This document shows positions 37,858 through 50,347 of a stretch of 64,000 bases of DNA, one piece after another. How positions within the stretch are numbered: position 1 is the first letter of the stretch; the number at the start of each line of letters is the position of its first letter. The notes under the pieces were generated by a model, which did no database searches, was not told the DNA's origin, and worked only from the letters and a program-made list of their open reading frames with translations. The position numbers were made by a program, and so were the translations under genes. The stretch lies in NCBI GenBank assembly GCA_051362555.1, contig CM120640.1, positions 43,440,788 through 43,504,787 on the forward strand, in the 5' to 3' direction. Source of the DNA: Lingula anatina. Lineage: Eukaryota > Animalia > Brachiopoda.

Positions 37858-40654
37858 GAAAGCTGGAATAATGTAAATTGATATATTTTTTTCATATTTG
37901 TAATTTCTCTCTTTTCAGACAGTAAGAAAAATCTCAAAAATTCCGTTCAAAGTTCTTGATGCGCCTGAACTTCAAGATGACTTTTACCTGAACCTGGTGG
38001 ACTGGTCGTCCACTAATATCCTCAGTGTAGGGCTTGGGACATGTGTATACCTCTGGAGTGCATGTACTAGTCAGGTAAGGGATTCTGTATTGTTGCATTC
38101 ATGTTTTTCTCATAACGAATCCAGGGTAACTTTTTCTGGTCGGTTCATGAACATATGCTATTTAATGATGATTCTTGTACCAATTTTGATTGTTTGCAGA
38201 AACTATTAAAATGCACATTGTCATAAACTCTGTCTATCAGATCTGATCTATTGTCTATCAGATCTGTTCTATTTATATCATTAAGAAGCCATTAATTGAT
38301 TCTTAATACTCTTTCATACAAGACTCTGCATTTGTTTTTTGTGCACCGTGAACATATTAAGGAAATTTAAAATGAATGGTAAAAATGAAACATCTTTCAG
38401 GTGACCAGGCTGTGTGACTTAGCAGTAGATCAGGATTCAGTAACGTCTGTAGCTTGGTCAGAAAGGGTATGTTATAAGTCTGTCTCTTAGATCTCATTTA
38501 AATTTGATCTGTAGTTTATTGGTCTTAATCGCACTGTATTCACTCCATCCTCTATGGACTATGATGTTTTGGCAAGGGGTCATACTCCCAGTTTAGAGCA
38601 AGTCTCCCCTCATCTTTACTTGTTGACCCACTTTAGGTATGACAGCACAACCCTTAGTCCATCATTCACATCTTTGTCTTCAGAATCAAAATTTATGCAC
38701 CGTTCTTATTCAGATTTTATTGCAAAGTATTGTTTTTATAGGGGAACTCTGTAGCCGTTGGTACACATAAAGGTTTTGTGCAGATCTGGGATGTCTCTGC
38801 TAACAAAAAAATTTCAACACTAGAAGGTCATTCAGCAAGAGTAGGTGAGTCATTACAAACATAAAACTTCACAACATTCATCCAGATCTTTGCATTAAAC
38901 GAAGACCTTAGTAGGTAAAGAAAGAGGGAATTTCTTATAAGTCACATTAAACTTCATTGTTGAAAAAACTACAAAGTAAAACTAATAGCAGTAAAGAAGA
39001 AAATGTCAGAATGCGTCTATTCAAATATTTTTATCATTGATTAACTTCTTGTTTCATCAAAATGATAGCCTGAATTATAATAGTTCTATTTTACAAATAT
39101 CCAATATATCATCATATAACAGAAACAAGCATTAAAAAAGGTTTTCTTCTTCAAGCCATTGTGTTTAACCTTTTCCTATGCCATATTCCAGGTGCTTTAG
39201 CATGGAATGCTGACATGCTGTCTTCAGGAAGTCGGGACAGGCTTATTTTACAACGAGACGTCAGGACACCTCCAAGTATAACAGAAAGAAGATTGGCAGG
39301 GCACAGGCAAGAGGTGAGACATGTGAACTGTTTAGAGATATTTAACTGCTACTTGCATGGTAAAAAAGGTAATTTATAGATGATAATTCATTGAGTAAAG
39401 ATACTATCAATTTAAAACTTAAACTTGTGTTCATATATTTTACTCAGGAAATGGAGTAGTTTTTCTTTTTATTGGTGAGTTTGTTTTTCCATTGTTACCG
39501 TTTTATGTGTCAAATAACAATAAAAATTATTTTCCACAATCTTATTGTAAATGAATATTAAGACGAAACTGGCCATCATGATTTCAGGTGTGTGGCCTAA
39601 AGTGGTCACCAGATCACCAGCACTTGGCCTCGGGAGGCAACGACAATAAACTGTTTGTGTGGAACATGAACAGCACATCCCCAGTACAGACTTACACTGA
39701 ACATCTGGCCGCAGTAAAGGCCATAGCCTGGTCTCCACACCAGCACGGCCTGCTGGCCAGTGGCGGAGGGACGGCTGACAGGTGTATCAGGTTCTGGAAT
39801 ACTCTCACAGGACAGCCACTGCAGTGTGTGGACACGGGATCACAAGTTTGTAACTTGGCGTGGTCCAAGCATGCTAATGAACTGGTGAGTTAGCATCAGA
39901 GTAATTTGACTGTTCTCACATTAGTTTTTAAGTGGGGCTAGATTTTGTTGTTATGGGAAGTTTCATGTGGTATCTCCAATTTTTAATTGAAGTATTAAAT
40001 CAAATTAGATTTTAAAAACAAACAAAAAAAAAACGTCATTATTTTGATATATATTATTCATTTATGTCTTTGTGTTCTAGGTCAGCACTCACGGTTATTC
40101 TCAAAACCAGATCTTAGTGTGGAAGTATCCCTCTCTGGTGCAGATAGCCAAGTTGACAGGACACACTTATAGAGTGCTGTACTTGGTAAGCCATTCATTC
40201 CATATGTACCAACTGCTGATAAGAATATTTACCTGTAGTTTTATAAGAAAATATCTTCTAGTTAATTTAAATTAGATTTTGAATTAAAAGAGAGTAAATC
40301 AGTTGTATGATTGACACCTGGTGAATGCTTTTGCTAAAGTGTTAAATGTTATTTGAGAAAAAGTTGCATTTTGCTGCAAGGATATTGTTGCTGTTACTGA
40401 CTGATTCTCTTCTTGATCAGTTAATTTATGTATGAATAAGTAGAAATAAACAGAAATGCCTCCTTTCATATCTTTTTAACATATTTATTGACAATCTTTA
40501 TTATAAACCATTATTTCAGGCCATCTCACCAGACGGAGAGGCTATCGTCACTGGAGCAGGTGATGAGACTCTACGGTTTTGGAATGTATTCAGCAAGACG
40601 CGGTCACCAAAGGAATCCAAATCTGAACTTAATTTATTTACCAAAATTAGATAA
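35953..40654 (+). CDS. FZR1: Fizzy-related protein 1 (Cdh1, APC/C co-activator); probable non-coding first exon ending at 34653
   Basis: MDPDYEKRL start, C-box [38 protein letters not shown]40 repeats ([45 protein letters not shown]), and the C-terminal IR tail LNLFTKIR*. Confidence 0.97.
37776..37842. repeat. (TA)n microsatellite followed by poly-T, FZR1 intron
   Basis: Direct reading. Confidence 0.95.
38231..38272. repeat. 21-bp tandem duplication (TGTCTATCAGATCTGWTCTAT x2), FZR1 intron
   Basis: Direct reading. Confidence 0.85.
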
Positions 40655-43600
40655 ACTTATGTAGAGCCATACTAGACAAGAGATATTTATTTTGGTGATT
40701 CAAGTTGAATGGCCAACCATAAAACCTTTGTCAGACACAGTTTTAAAGAGGATTGCTGTCTAATATCTTTTTTTTACTTGAACATATTCTTAACTTTCAA
40801 CCAGAAAAAATGAAAAACGCGAATTCTTTTACTTTTAGTTGATCATAGGTTTTCAGGTTCGTTTTGGCCATTTTAAGATCTGCACCAACTTTTACTTTCT
40901 GTTTTCATGTTTGTTTCTTAACTTGATTAGTGTTTCTGACCTATATCACATACCGCCATTGCTCATGTCGTAGCAATAATTTGCGGATTTATCTTAATGT
41001 TTAACGCGGCTTCCCAATGTTGTGGCTGACTCAAGAAGTGCAATGTGTAAAATTTAGTTTTAGTAAAATGGACTTTGTACATATAGATCATAGTGTGAAA
41101 TTTATGCTGGTTGCATATAAGTCAGATCTACGGTGCATTATGTTGCGTTTGATATGATAAGTGTATGCATGTACAGTGCTATGGTATAGTAAAAACAATA
41201 AAATGTATCATATTTAGGAATAGTGTAATAATCTGGTTATTATTTATGCAGTATCAACAAAATAAATAAAGAAATACAACTATAATTGATGTAAGCTTGG
41301 AATGTAGAACAAAACCTTTATAGAGAGAAGCGCAAAGAAGAACATCGAATAAACCCTAACTTTGAAACACCTTATTTGTGCCTTATTGAATTTTAATACA
41401 TTTTTGTTGCTTTAACTTTGGTCGAGTAAGAGTTTTCGTGCATTTTTTACCATTTCGTCTTTTGTAAAAATGCAGCATGCGCCGAGAGATTGTAATTCAT
41501 TCTAAAGAGGTACATATGTACAGGTTGCCTGAAACAAGTGAGTACGTACAAAAACGCCACTGGCGGTCCTTAAAAATCTGAAGTTATGGAGAAATTAAAA
41601 CAAAAATGTGCATGTACTACTGTAAGACCACGAGTATGGACCTTTGGCATTCACGTTTAACGTTATGTCAGAAACGCTGACAGAATTTATATGCTGTTGC
41701 TGAAGTATGCGCGCTTAAGTTAAATCCATCTTTTCTGGTAGGGTTGTACGGTGCTCCCCGTGCTCCCCCCCCCCTTCCACCCCTCAAAAGGTTTCTTTAA
41801 TTCTGTCATACAAGCCGTCCAGTATCGTATTTATTCATGTCATCCCATTTTTGCAGCGGTGAAGAGATGGAGTCTGGCTCCCAATAAACACATTATTTTG
41901 TTCAAACGCCACAGAGAGTAAATATGATCTCCACGGAAGTAGGAATATCAGAATTTCTTCAAGCGTTTCAATAAAATAAATAAATAAAAACAATATAACA
42001 ACAGATAGGTAAAAACAATACAAATGAATAATTAGACCATCGAAAGAAATTTATATGCCACTAATATTCGTCGCACAACCTTAATCAATACTTTTAATAA
42101 GCATGCATTTTATGTTAATCTGTGCGTAAGAATAAATGGAATAAAATATTTTTCATTGTTAAACCCGTTTTAATTCACACCATTCATATTTTGTTAGAAC
42201 ATTCCTTCATTTTCAGCAACAGTGTTATGGTTTTGATGTCAATCGACAAACTAGTATAGAACCAGTTAACGGATCATGCATTTTATCCTGCATATTCTAT
42301 GGTGTTTTTCTCTTGCAATTTTGCATACTTTATATTTACTAATTATATCAACCGATTTTTTTTATTAAGGATAAATATAAAAATAGTAATATGAAAAAAT
42401 AATATATCGCACGTACACAAAAAGCCTTATTTTTGAGGTGTAAATCTTATTGGAAAGGAAATGTTGTTAAAAATAAGAAAAAAAAATCATCAATAGGGCG
42501 TTTTGAGGTGGAATCGATCATTCTGAAAGATAAAATACGTTTGACCAAGTAGATGTATTAAGTGTATGCGAAATGCGGAAAGTGTGTAGAAAGAAGGTTT
42601 AGTTAAGTTTTCAGCATCATCAAATTGGATAATCAAGATGTAATTTTAATAAGCACCTCTTTGATATGACCTTCCTTGTGAAAACTGATGAATGAAATGA
42701 ATTGAGTGTTTTTTTATTAGGCTACGCTTCTAAAGTACTAAATACCTGACTTATTTTCTGAGAATACAAAATTCAATAGTTGCCTTCTTTTCTAGTACTG
42801 TTTCTATCTACGCAACTGGCATCGAAGAACTGCAAACTGTAAATTGTAATGGACACAACAAAGCTATTCCAGTAAATTTGCCTTGAAACAATATAGGAAA
42901 AAAAAAATAGATGAAAACACCACACATTACTACACGTACCTACTTGGATGGTAATCTACCTCGATATCTCTCTATAGATTGATCTACTAACTTAAATAAT
43001 TAATTAATTTCTCTCTTAAATTGAAAATTTGCACCTCATTTCACCTTCAATTTCTAAGGTAAATTCACGACAGCAATACTTGGGCTGTTGGGTTAAACTG
43101 TAATGATCTGGGAATCAAATGAAGGTCTGTTTCCTCACGCGAAAAAGAAAGTTGATTGTTTTTTCCGCACTGTATGTCCGATTTTGATTGTTGTCAGTCT
43201 TTCAAAGATTGCGCTACATCCATTTCTTTGATGTTAGGCCGGGGGCAAGTTTATTTGGTTATTTTTTACATTATTCTTCTCACTTTCCCTATTAACTTCT
43301 AACACTACAGAACTGGATTCTGTCTCCCTTGTTAGAGGTATAGTTACATGGCGCTCTCTGGAGCTAGTTGCCAGCTTGTTTACACTGGTATTCAACTTCG
43401 GTAAATTACAAACGATATCTTTCGTTCTTCGTTTATTTGAATTTTAACTTAAAGAATTTTAAGTAACAACCCTACACTGGTGCGGAATGTATCAACATGT
43501 ATGCGTTAGCAATTTATTAATCAATTTGGTAGCAATTAATTAATTACTGTCTTGTTTTAATTAAACATTTTATTCGGGCAAGGTTGACTTCAGTTTATGG

Positions 43601-44969
43601 TCTTAAGAACAACATAAAGCTACTTGTCTTATACTTGATTTATTATAGCAGCAGGTTTAGCTACTGTCTGCCTGTAACTTAATGCTGCCCCGAACTGTAA
43701 TGTTGCCCGTATTATGCTTTCACTTCTCATTAATGCGAACCTCCTCGCAAGTAGGCGGTTAATGGTGCGTCTAGCAGCGCCTCGTGTATTCTTACCCGAT
43801 GAATGATGTTGCACGCGCTCCCAACACTTTTAATGAAGTGCTTGAGGCTCGAGAAGAGATATAAAATGATCATTAATTAAATCTTTAAACAGATACATCG
43901 GAAAGAGAAAAGGAAGTGTCAAATTAAGAAATGAGCGTAAGTCAAACTGAATTGGATTTCTTGTCAGAAATTGATTCAGGAAGAATAACCAAGGAATTCA
44001 ACACATAATATCTAAATTACGATCAATTTTCTTTTGAACGCTCAATCAATTATCTAGAGTATATCAAATGGATATACTTTGAATTCCTGACCTGTGGTTA
44101 AAGCACAATATTGTGTGGGAATCTTTGAAGTTCCCCATAACAGATTTCCATGTGATTATTGGCCTGGGAACAGAAACAAACGCTTTCCACCTATTGACAA
44201 TTTATTGATTAACGTCGGAACATCACAAGTGTTGGAAAGAGATAACAGAAAGTTAATAGATTTCCCTCTCACATCAGGGACACGATTCAATAGAACGCCC
44301 TGTGATTACTACTGCTCAAATCCTGAAATGTAGCAATAGTCTTACTTCCCAGTCCTTAGTTGGTTTTGTGCTCAAGCCAATATGATTTTCTGATCTAGTC
44401 ACGCTATCAATTTAACGCACGCCGGCAATTTTAGTGCTTTCAAAAGCAAAGGTTTTCCCTTCAAGGCTTGAAGAGGAGGGGGGGGGGGGGGGGGTTTGAC
44501 CGAACGAGCCTTCATCCCCCTGATGTGTGCTCCTGATTGTACGGTATATCATATGTGTTTATTGACTCAGCTAATTCAGCGTGAGTCTTTTCATTTCGCT
44601 TTTGTTCAGTATGGCGATAGTGAATGGTGCATTTCAGATTTTAATATAAAAATGAAATATCTCATCAACTATATAATTGCCTTTCAATACATTTGATGAC
44701 GGCAATAAAACGCTTCTTTATCCGTGGAGAAATGACACATTTTATCTGTAGAGAAATGACCTCGGAACGTAGCTCCCTCATTTACGTGTTAAAATAATTA
44801 CGATAAACAAAAGCAACATGGTTTGGTGGGGTCTTTTCCTTCAGGATGTGTCTGAAACATATTCTAAATGCGTCTTTATTTTTTTCTTTTAAAATAGAGG
44901 CCTCATTTTTTTTTAAATTCTCATTTCTTCAAAGGCTGTAGTCCTAGCAAACTTTGAAGAAGGAAAAAA

Positions 44970-45477
44970 CAGCTGCAAGATCTTTATCTGGACGTCTTGG
45001 TCCTTATCCAACACGGAGTGTCACGTCTTTTCAACTAAAACAAAAGGTTTCAGATGTCGATTTGTACAATTAGGAAGGACGTAGGAAACGTGCGGGGACA
45101 GATAAGGTTTCGTCCCTAAGTTTTCTTCTTGCTCTCCGGCATTGTAATGCCCGTTATACTTATCAACGGGCAACATTCAAAACATGTGGTGGATGGATAT
45201 GGATATCCTTTAACACGAATTTTAGCAAACCTGATCGGGGCACAAGTCAGTACATATGCAGGACCTGGTGGTGACAAGGGACCAAAACCCCGGTTTTCAG
45301 AATTTTCAGGGTCCGAGTGTCGTTTTTGCAGGGAGCAAAACCAGGGGTTACGTGCCACGCTACTGACATATGCCAGAAGTGTGGGGTTTATTTGATGCGC
45401 GTGCGGCTACTTTGTTTTTCACAAAACAAAGCTTAGAAATACAGCATTTTTTTCTTAACCGTCATTTCTTGTTATCT
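44970..45477. promoter_or_regulatory. Candidate haematopoietic-type enhancer upstream of the TAL1-like gene
   Basis: CAGCTG 44970, TTATCT 44984, CAGATG 45051, AGGAAG 45072, AGGAAA 45083, AGATAA 45100, TGTGGT 45185, TTATCT 45472. Confidence 0.35.
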
Positions 45478-47257
45478 GGAGTGAGGCAGATATGTCGTCT
45501 GAGGTAGTTTACTTCTTCCAACTGGGATTGTTCTTGTTAATCGTGGCGAATTAAAACTAACAACGTTGTTTTCAGTGTTCTTCAATTGAAACCACTTTTA
45601 TTTAGAAACTTAACAGAAACGATTCAAATTAAGTGGGTCTTTAGAATGCCTGTTGAAGATCTTGTCTTGAGATGATCAATACAACCGAAACATAAACAAG
45701 CTTATCAAATTAAGAGAATCTAATTTCGAAACGCCCTCGGAGTATAGTTCTTTTTCTCATTGGATAGAAAAATCTAAGATTTCAATTTATATTCGCCATA
45801 ACAGCCCGGCATAACAGGCGCCAACGTTATATGCCACGTAAACGTTGTTGATTCTTTAAACTCCTTATAATCTCTATTACACCAAAAAGGATTAAAAGAA
45901 ATCTGCTACTGAGACTAACTGCACTGAATAGGAAACAGTTATAGTTGAGTCATCAAGTCACTACTTCCCACATGACTGTAGTTGGCTATGTATATAGTCT
46001 ATGTGTCATAGGAGCAATCACGAGGACTCACTTTGTACACAAGAATATAAATCAAATATACCCTAATTAAACCATAAAATGAAATTAATAAATGAAAATA
46101 TAACAATATAAAAACATCCCAGCAGTTAAACCCACCGATCAAAGCACAAATTACACTATTATTCGTTAGTTTTTTATCACTGGTTAAATTAGATTCCGCT
46201 TTAGAAGATATTTAATTTAAGTGTTATAGACTCTTTGGGTGCCACTTGATGGATGCATATTGCATACACAATGATAACCCCAGAAAATATGATGACAATA
46301 TCATTAAACAAAACATTACTAGAATAATACCTCAAAAATCGTTTAGAAAGACTTTTTTCTAGTGCCACGAGGAAGGATACATATCTTGAAATTGACGTTA
46401 CAATCGCAGTTATTGAAATTCTTTGATTCATATAGACATATCATTAATCACCGAGGCAACCGACCAATCAGATGCAATGAAAAGCTTCTTTAGTCATGTG
46501 ACGTCTAAATCCTAAGAAGTAAAATACTTAAACCATGCAAACGTCCGATGATTTGAGTTAGACGCATTTTCGACACAAGAGACCTACGATTCGGTAGCTT
46601 ATGCGCCCAATTTCTTGGAAATTACCTTTGTCTTTTTCTCGGTTGTGACAGATATTGGACGAACCGGTCATTATAAGCACTACAATAATGCCGTGATCAT
46701 CACTACTGACATACTGCTGCAGTTATATGTTGTTGGGTCTGAAGAAGCAATTCTACGTGCAATTTACAAAGATACATCAAAACAAGAGGCAACACTGGAA
46801 GCAGAGGCATATCAGATAAGTTTGATAGTTGCATTTGAACCCAAGACCAAAACAAACTTTGAATTGAACCAGGAATTTAAAGAAAGGCGAGGTTCAGCTT
46901 CGGTGACATGAGAAATGGGTACTCGTCTATAAAATTTCCAAAAAGACAAATAGATTTTCAAGAGGATTTCAAGTAACCATTTTCTGTGAATTACATGGAA
47001 AAACAAAGATTGTATCTGCCACTTTGATTATCCCTGGATCTGCCTGCCACCGACCTCTGGATTCACGTGTTCCTGATATAAAATTCTTCACAATTTTGTA
47101 TCGACTGAACCACCTCACCGTGACTGACAAGATAAACCAATATTTCATCTACAGAAATAACGGATTTAAGATCAATTCGTTAATTTCACAGGCTATCAAA
47201 CAACACTCTTTAAAGACAAGGCCGTTGAATTTTTGCAGGGCTTAATCGTGACTGACC

Positions 47258-48073
47258 ATGGAAACTCTACGCCCTTTACACGACGAAAAAGAAAATCGTC
47301 ACGTCACCTCTGCCCCAGCTGAGAATGACATGGAAGTGGAGAGATGCGAAAACGGAAAAGTCGCATATGGAAACAACAATGATTCTCAATATTTAGACAG
47401 GTCACAAACGTCTGAATTTATCAGAATGTCGGATGGAGAGTCAGAGAGTAATTTCAAGCTCGGTGGCGACGCTGCTAGACCACTTGTACAGAAAGCTGTT
47501 GGTCCAGGCAATGTACCGTACATAACACTTCAACACAGACCATTCCTTCCGCCTTTACGGCCACCTTGTCTGTATAATTTCAAACCAACTTTCCTACCCC
47601 TTTCTCACCCAGACATGCTTTCTGGGAGGCGATATTATAGGCGGCGGTCTAATGGGGGAGATGCAGCTCAACCGCCGGTACGAAAGCTTGTCCGCCGCAT
47701 TTTCACCAACACACGCGAACGCTGGCGGCAGCAGAACGTCAACGGAGCTTTTGCAGAATTAAGAAAATTAGTCCCTACCTACCCACCGGACAAAAAACTC
47801 AGTAAAAACGAAATCCTAAGATTAGCTATTAAGTACATCAACCTACTGGGAAACGTGGTTCGGTTTCAGAAGCAGCAGAACGGAGAGGATGTCTCGGAAG
47901 ATCACGTTGTTAATCCCCAGGATTCGGAGAGCAGCAGGCAAGACCAGGATTATGAAGACCAGCCGTCTCCTTCAACCACGGCCTCTCAACTGGACTCTCC
48001 GCTGTCGTGTTATTACGACGACAGTAGCGACATTGACGAAAGTGAGATAGGAATTTATGAAGAACAACGATAA
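47258..48073 (+). CDS. TAL1: TAL1/SCL (TAL1/TAL2/LYL1 family) bHLH transcription factor, uninterrupted ORF
   Basis: b[56 protein letters not shown] is near-identical to the recalled vertebrate TAL1/LYL1 domain. Good Kozak context GACCATGG. Probably a pro-orthologue of all three vertebrate genes. Confidence 0.93.
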   Translation: METLRPLHDEKENRHVTSAPAENDMEVERCENGKVAYGNNNDSQYLDRSQTSEFIRMSDGESESNFKLGGDAARPLVQKAVGPGNVPYITLQHRPFLPPLRPPCLYNFKPTFLPLSHPDMLSGRRYYRRRSNGGDAAQPPVRKLVRRIFTNTRERWRQQNVNGAFAELRKLVPTYPPDKKLSKNEILRLAIKYINLLGNVVRFQKQQNGEDVSEDHVVNPQDSESSRQDQDYEDQPSPSTTASQLDSPLSCYYDDSSDIDESEIGIYEEQR

Positions 48074-49595
48074 AGCCAGATTTCTTTTGAAAATTCTAAT
48101 CATGATTGAAATGTCATGAAGCTATTTAATATTCAAAATCTACGATTGAAAACGCACCGGAGCACTGTCGAGGAATAGTAACACCCCGCCGTGCGAGTGT
48201 TTATTAATGTTTGTGGCTCTTTTGCTACCTGGGTTTTAGTGCTGAGGGATTTGTTTAGGCAGACAGGTCCAGTGGTTTTCTGCTCCGCAAACGAAAAAAT
48301 AAGAAAGGACACGCAAACGACTAAAGATTCTGCAAAGCAAACAGCCGCGGGAAATTTTGATTTGACAGACATGGATACGACTGAATGCAATGGGTTATTT
48401 TTACGATTTAACGGCCGCGGACATTTTATCTGTTGAAAGATATTTCGAAGAATCAAATAATGAAAATAAGCACGCTATCGGAAATTTCTCTGTAAGTAAC
48501 TCTGTGACAAAGCATAATCTTTTGACATCAATACTTTTATTTTTTATTACAAACTATTTACAGTCTATTCAGTTTTCACATTAATTACAATGTACATAAT
48601 ATAATGCGCACCTTGTTGTAGACCTGTTACCCAATAGATTTTTTTCTTTAAAATGCTTATGTTAAAATGTACAACTTTTGTAACACATGGAATATTTCCT
48701 TGTAAGAGAAATATAACACATACATTCATAATTTAACAGATTGTAATATAGTATATAAGTTATCTTAATACATTCCTTTATTGCATCGAAAATACATTAA
48801 ATTGGTATTTTATTAGAAAGAACACACATTCAAAACATTTGTAAATGGTCCTCCCGAAATATCTGCCGCAGATAACTAGTGCTTTTAAAATGATAAACAT
48901 CTTTTCAAACAAAAAAATCCCATCAATTCCTTTCATCAACAAAGCTGCCTTAAGGACAAACGACGCGTGCTCATACTAGACTTCTTTCCCTCTTATTTTA
49001 CTTGGAGAAAGGGGCACTCTTTGGGTATTTGAAGGGTAATATTTTGTCGTTTCTGTATAAATCAGACCTCTGTCGCGTCTCGGCGAAAAAAAGAGTAGAG
49101 GTCCCGGGTAATAATAATAATAAGCATTAACAAAAGAATTCTGTAGGCCTACATTAAAATAACCAATATTGTCATGATCTCAATTGTTACCAGTTCTACT
49201 GGTATCATTAATACTGATTACTTTCACACATGATCATGTAAAAGATACAATAATTCCCCCCATTTCCAAAAAGAGTCGTATTTCTTTTTCATACAGAACC
49301 TCATCATCAGAAAGTATTATGTTATACAAAAGTGCGTCTCTCATTGAAATGCTATTAGAAATACATGCAATATAAATAGTATAAGATTTCCCATTGCTAA
49401 AACATCCTTAATGGATGAACTCCGAATTTTAAGTAAATAATTGTGAAATGTAAACTATCCCATACATGAACAGAGGTCACATCTCTCCATCTCTTAGAAC
49501 ACACATTTTAGTTACTCTACTGGACTTGCTCCAGCATACAATCTTTCATAATGTTTGAGAGAAAATTACTCTTATATCGACCATAAGAAAAATAC

Positions 49596-49846
49596 CAACA
49601 AGACGATAATAATAATAATAACAACTATAGAAGGACTCATAGCTTAGACCTCTGCAAAGGCAGCTCAATTCTGGTTCTCATCATTAATTAATTATTTATT
49701 GGATCACCAACAAATACTAATCAATTTTAGAACTTAGTCCATTTTTGACCTGAATTATTTTTTTTAAAAATCCATCCATAGCTTTTTGAGTCTGATAACT
49801 AATAAACCAACAAAGCAAAAACGTAACCTTTTTTTGCAGGTGTATT
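49596..49846 (+). mobile_element. Degenerate non-autonomous Helentron/DINE(HINE)-like element remnant
   Basis: Contains GGATCACCAACAAATACTAATCAATT..AAAATCCATCCATAGCTTTTTGAG..AAAAACGTAACCTTTTTTTGCAGGTGTA, which resembles from memory the conserved blocks of widespread Helitron-associated interspersed repeats. Not verified by search. Confidence 0.4.
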
Positions 49847-50347
49847 AAATATGAAAAATAAAAATTGCAAGTAATAATATATTGAATTTTCATGTGAGTA
49901 ACAAAAAAAAAAAAAAAAAAAAAAAAAAGAGATAATAATAATTATAATAAAAAAATGAATCAGCAAATTAAAAAAAAAAAATAAGACAGCAGACTGTTCT
50001 TATTACTATATCCACTTTTCCCAGAAAAAAAGAACACATGCATTTCCTGAGAAAATAACGTGCTCCCAAACCCTTATTGTAACTAACTGCAGTAAGCATT
50101 TTGTTTACATATATTGAAAATCATTCCAAGCCAAAAATGACTGAAATGAATAACAAATTAAAACAACAGGAAAACTGTTAAGGGTCTAAATAGCTGAATT
50201 ATATCCAATAAGAGTCTGTTAAAGCTGCCCCAATAATTTAAACAAAAAATTCTTCACCTCAGCTGAAACAGAGACTGTCCTTAACTTAATAAGTCAAATG
50301 TCATAAAACATTCATAGAATGCTTAACAATTTAGTCCAATAAGTATT

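Noticed and set aside
44970-44989. CAGCTG-N8-TTATCT as a canonical TAL1::GATA1 composite site
   Set aside because: The GATA site is in the opposite orientation to the canonical E-box-N8/9-WGATAR arrangement.
45116-45395. Overlapping ORFs on both strands upstream of TAL1 as a small gene
   Set aside because: No recognisable domain or splice structure; the locally higher GC explains the open frames, and the region fits a regulatory role better.
48133-48584. ORFs downstream of the TAL1 stop
   Set aside because: They lie in the presumptive 3' UTR and show no homology or coding-like composition.
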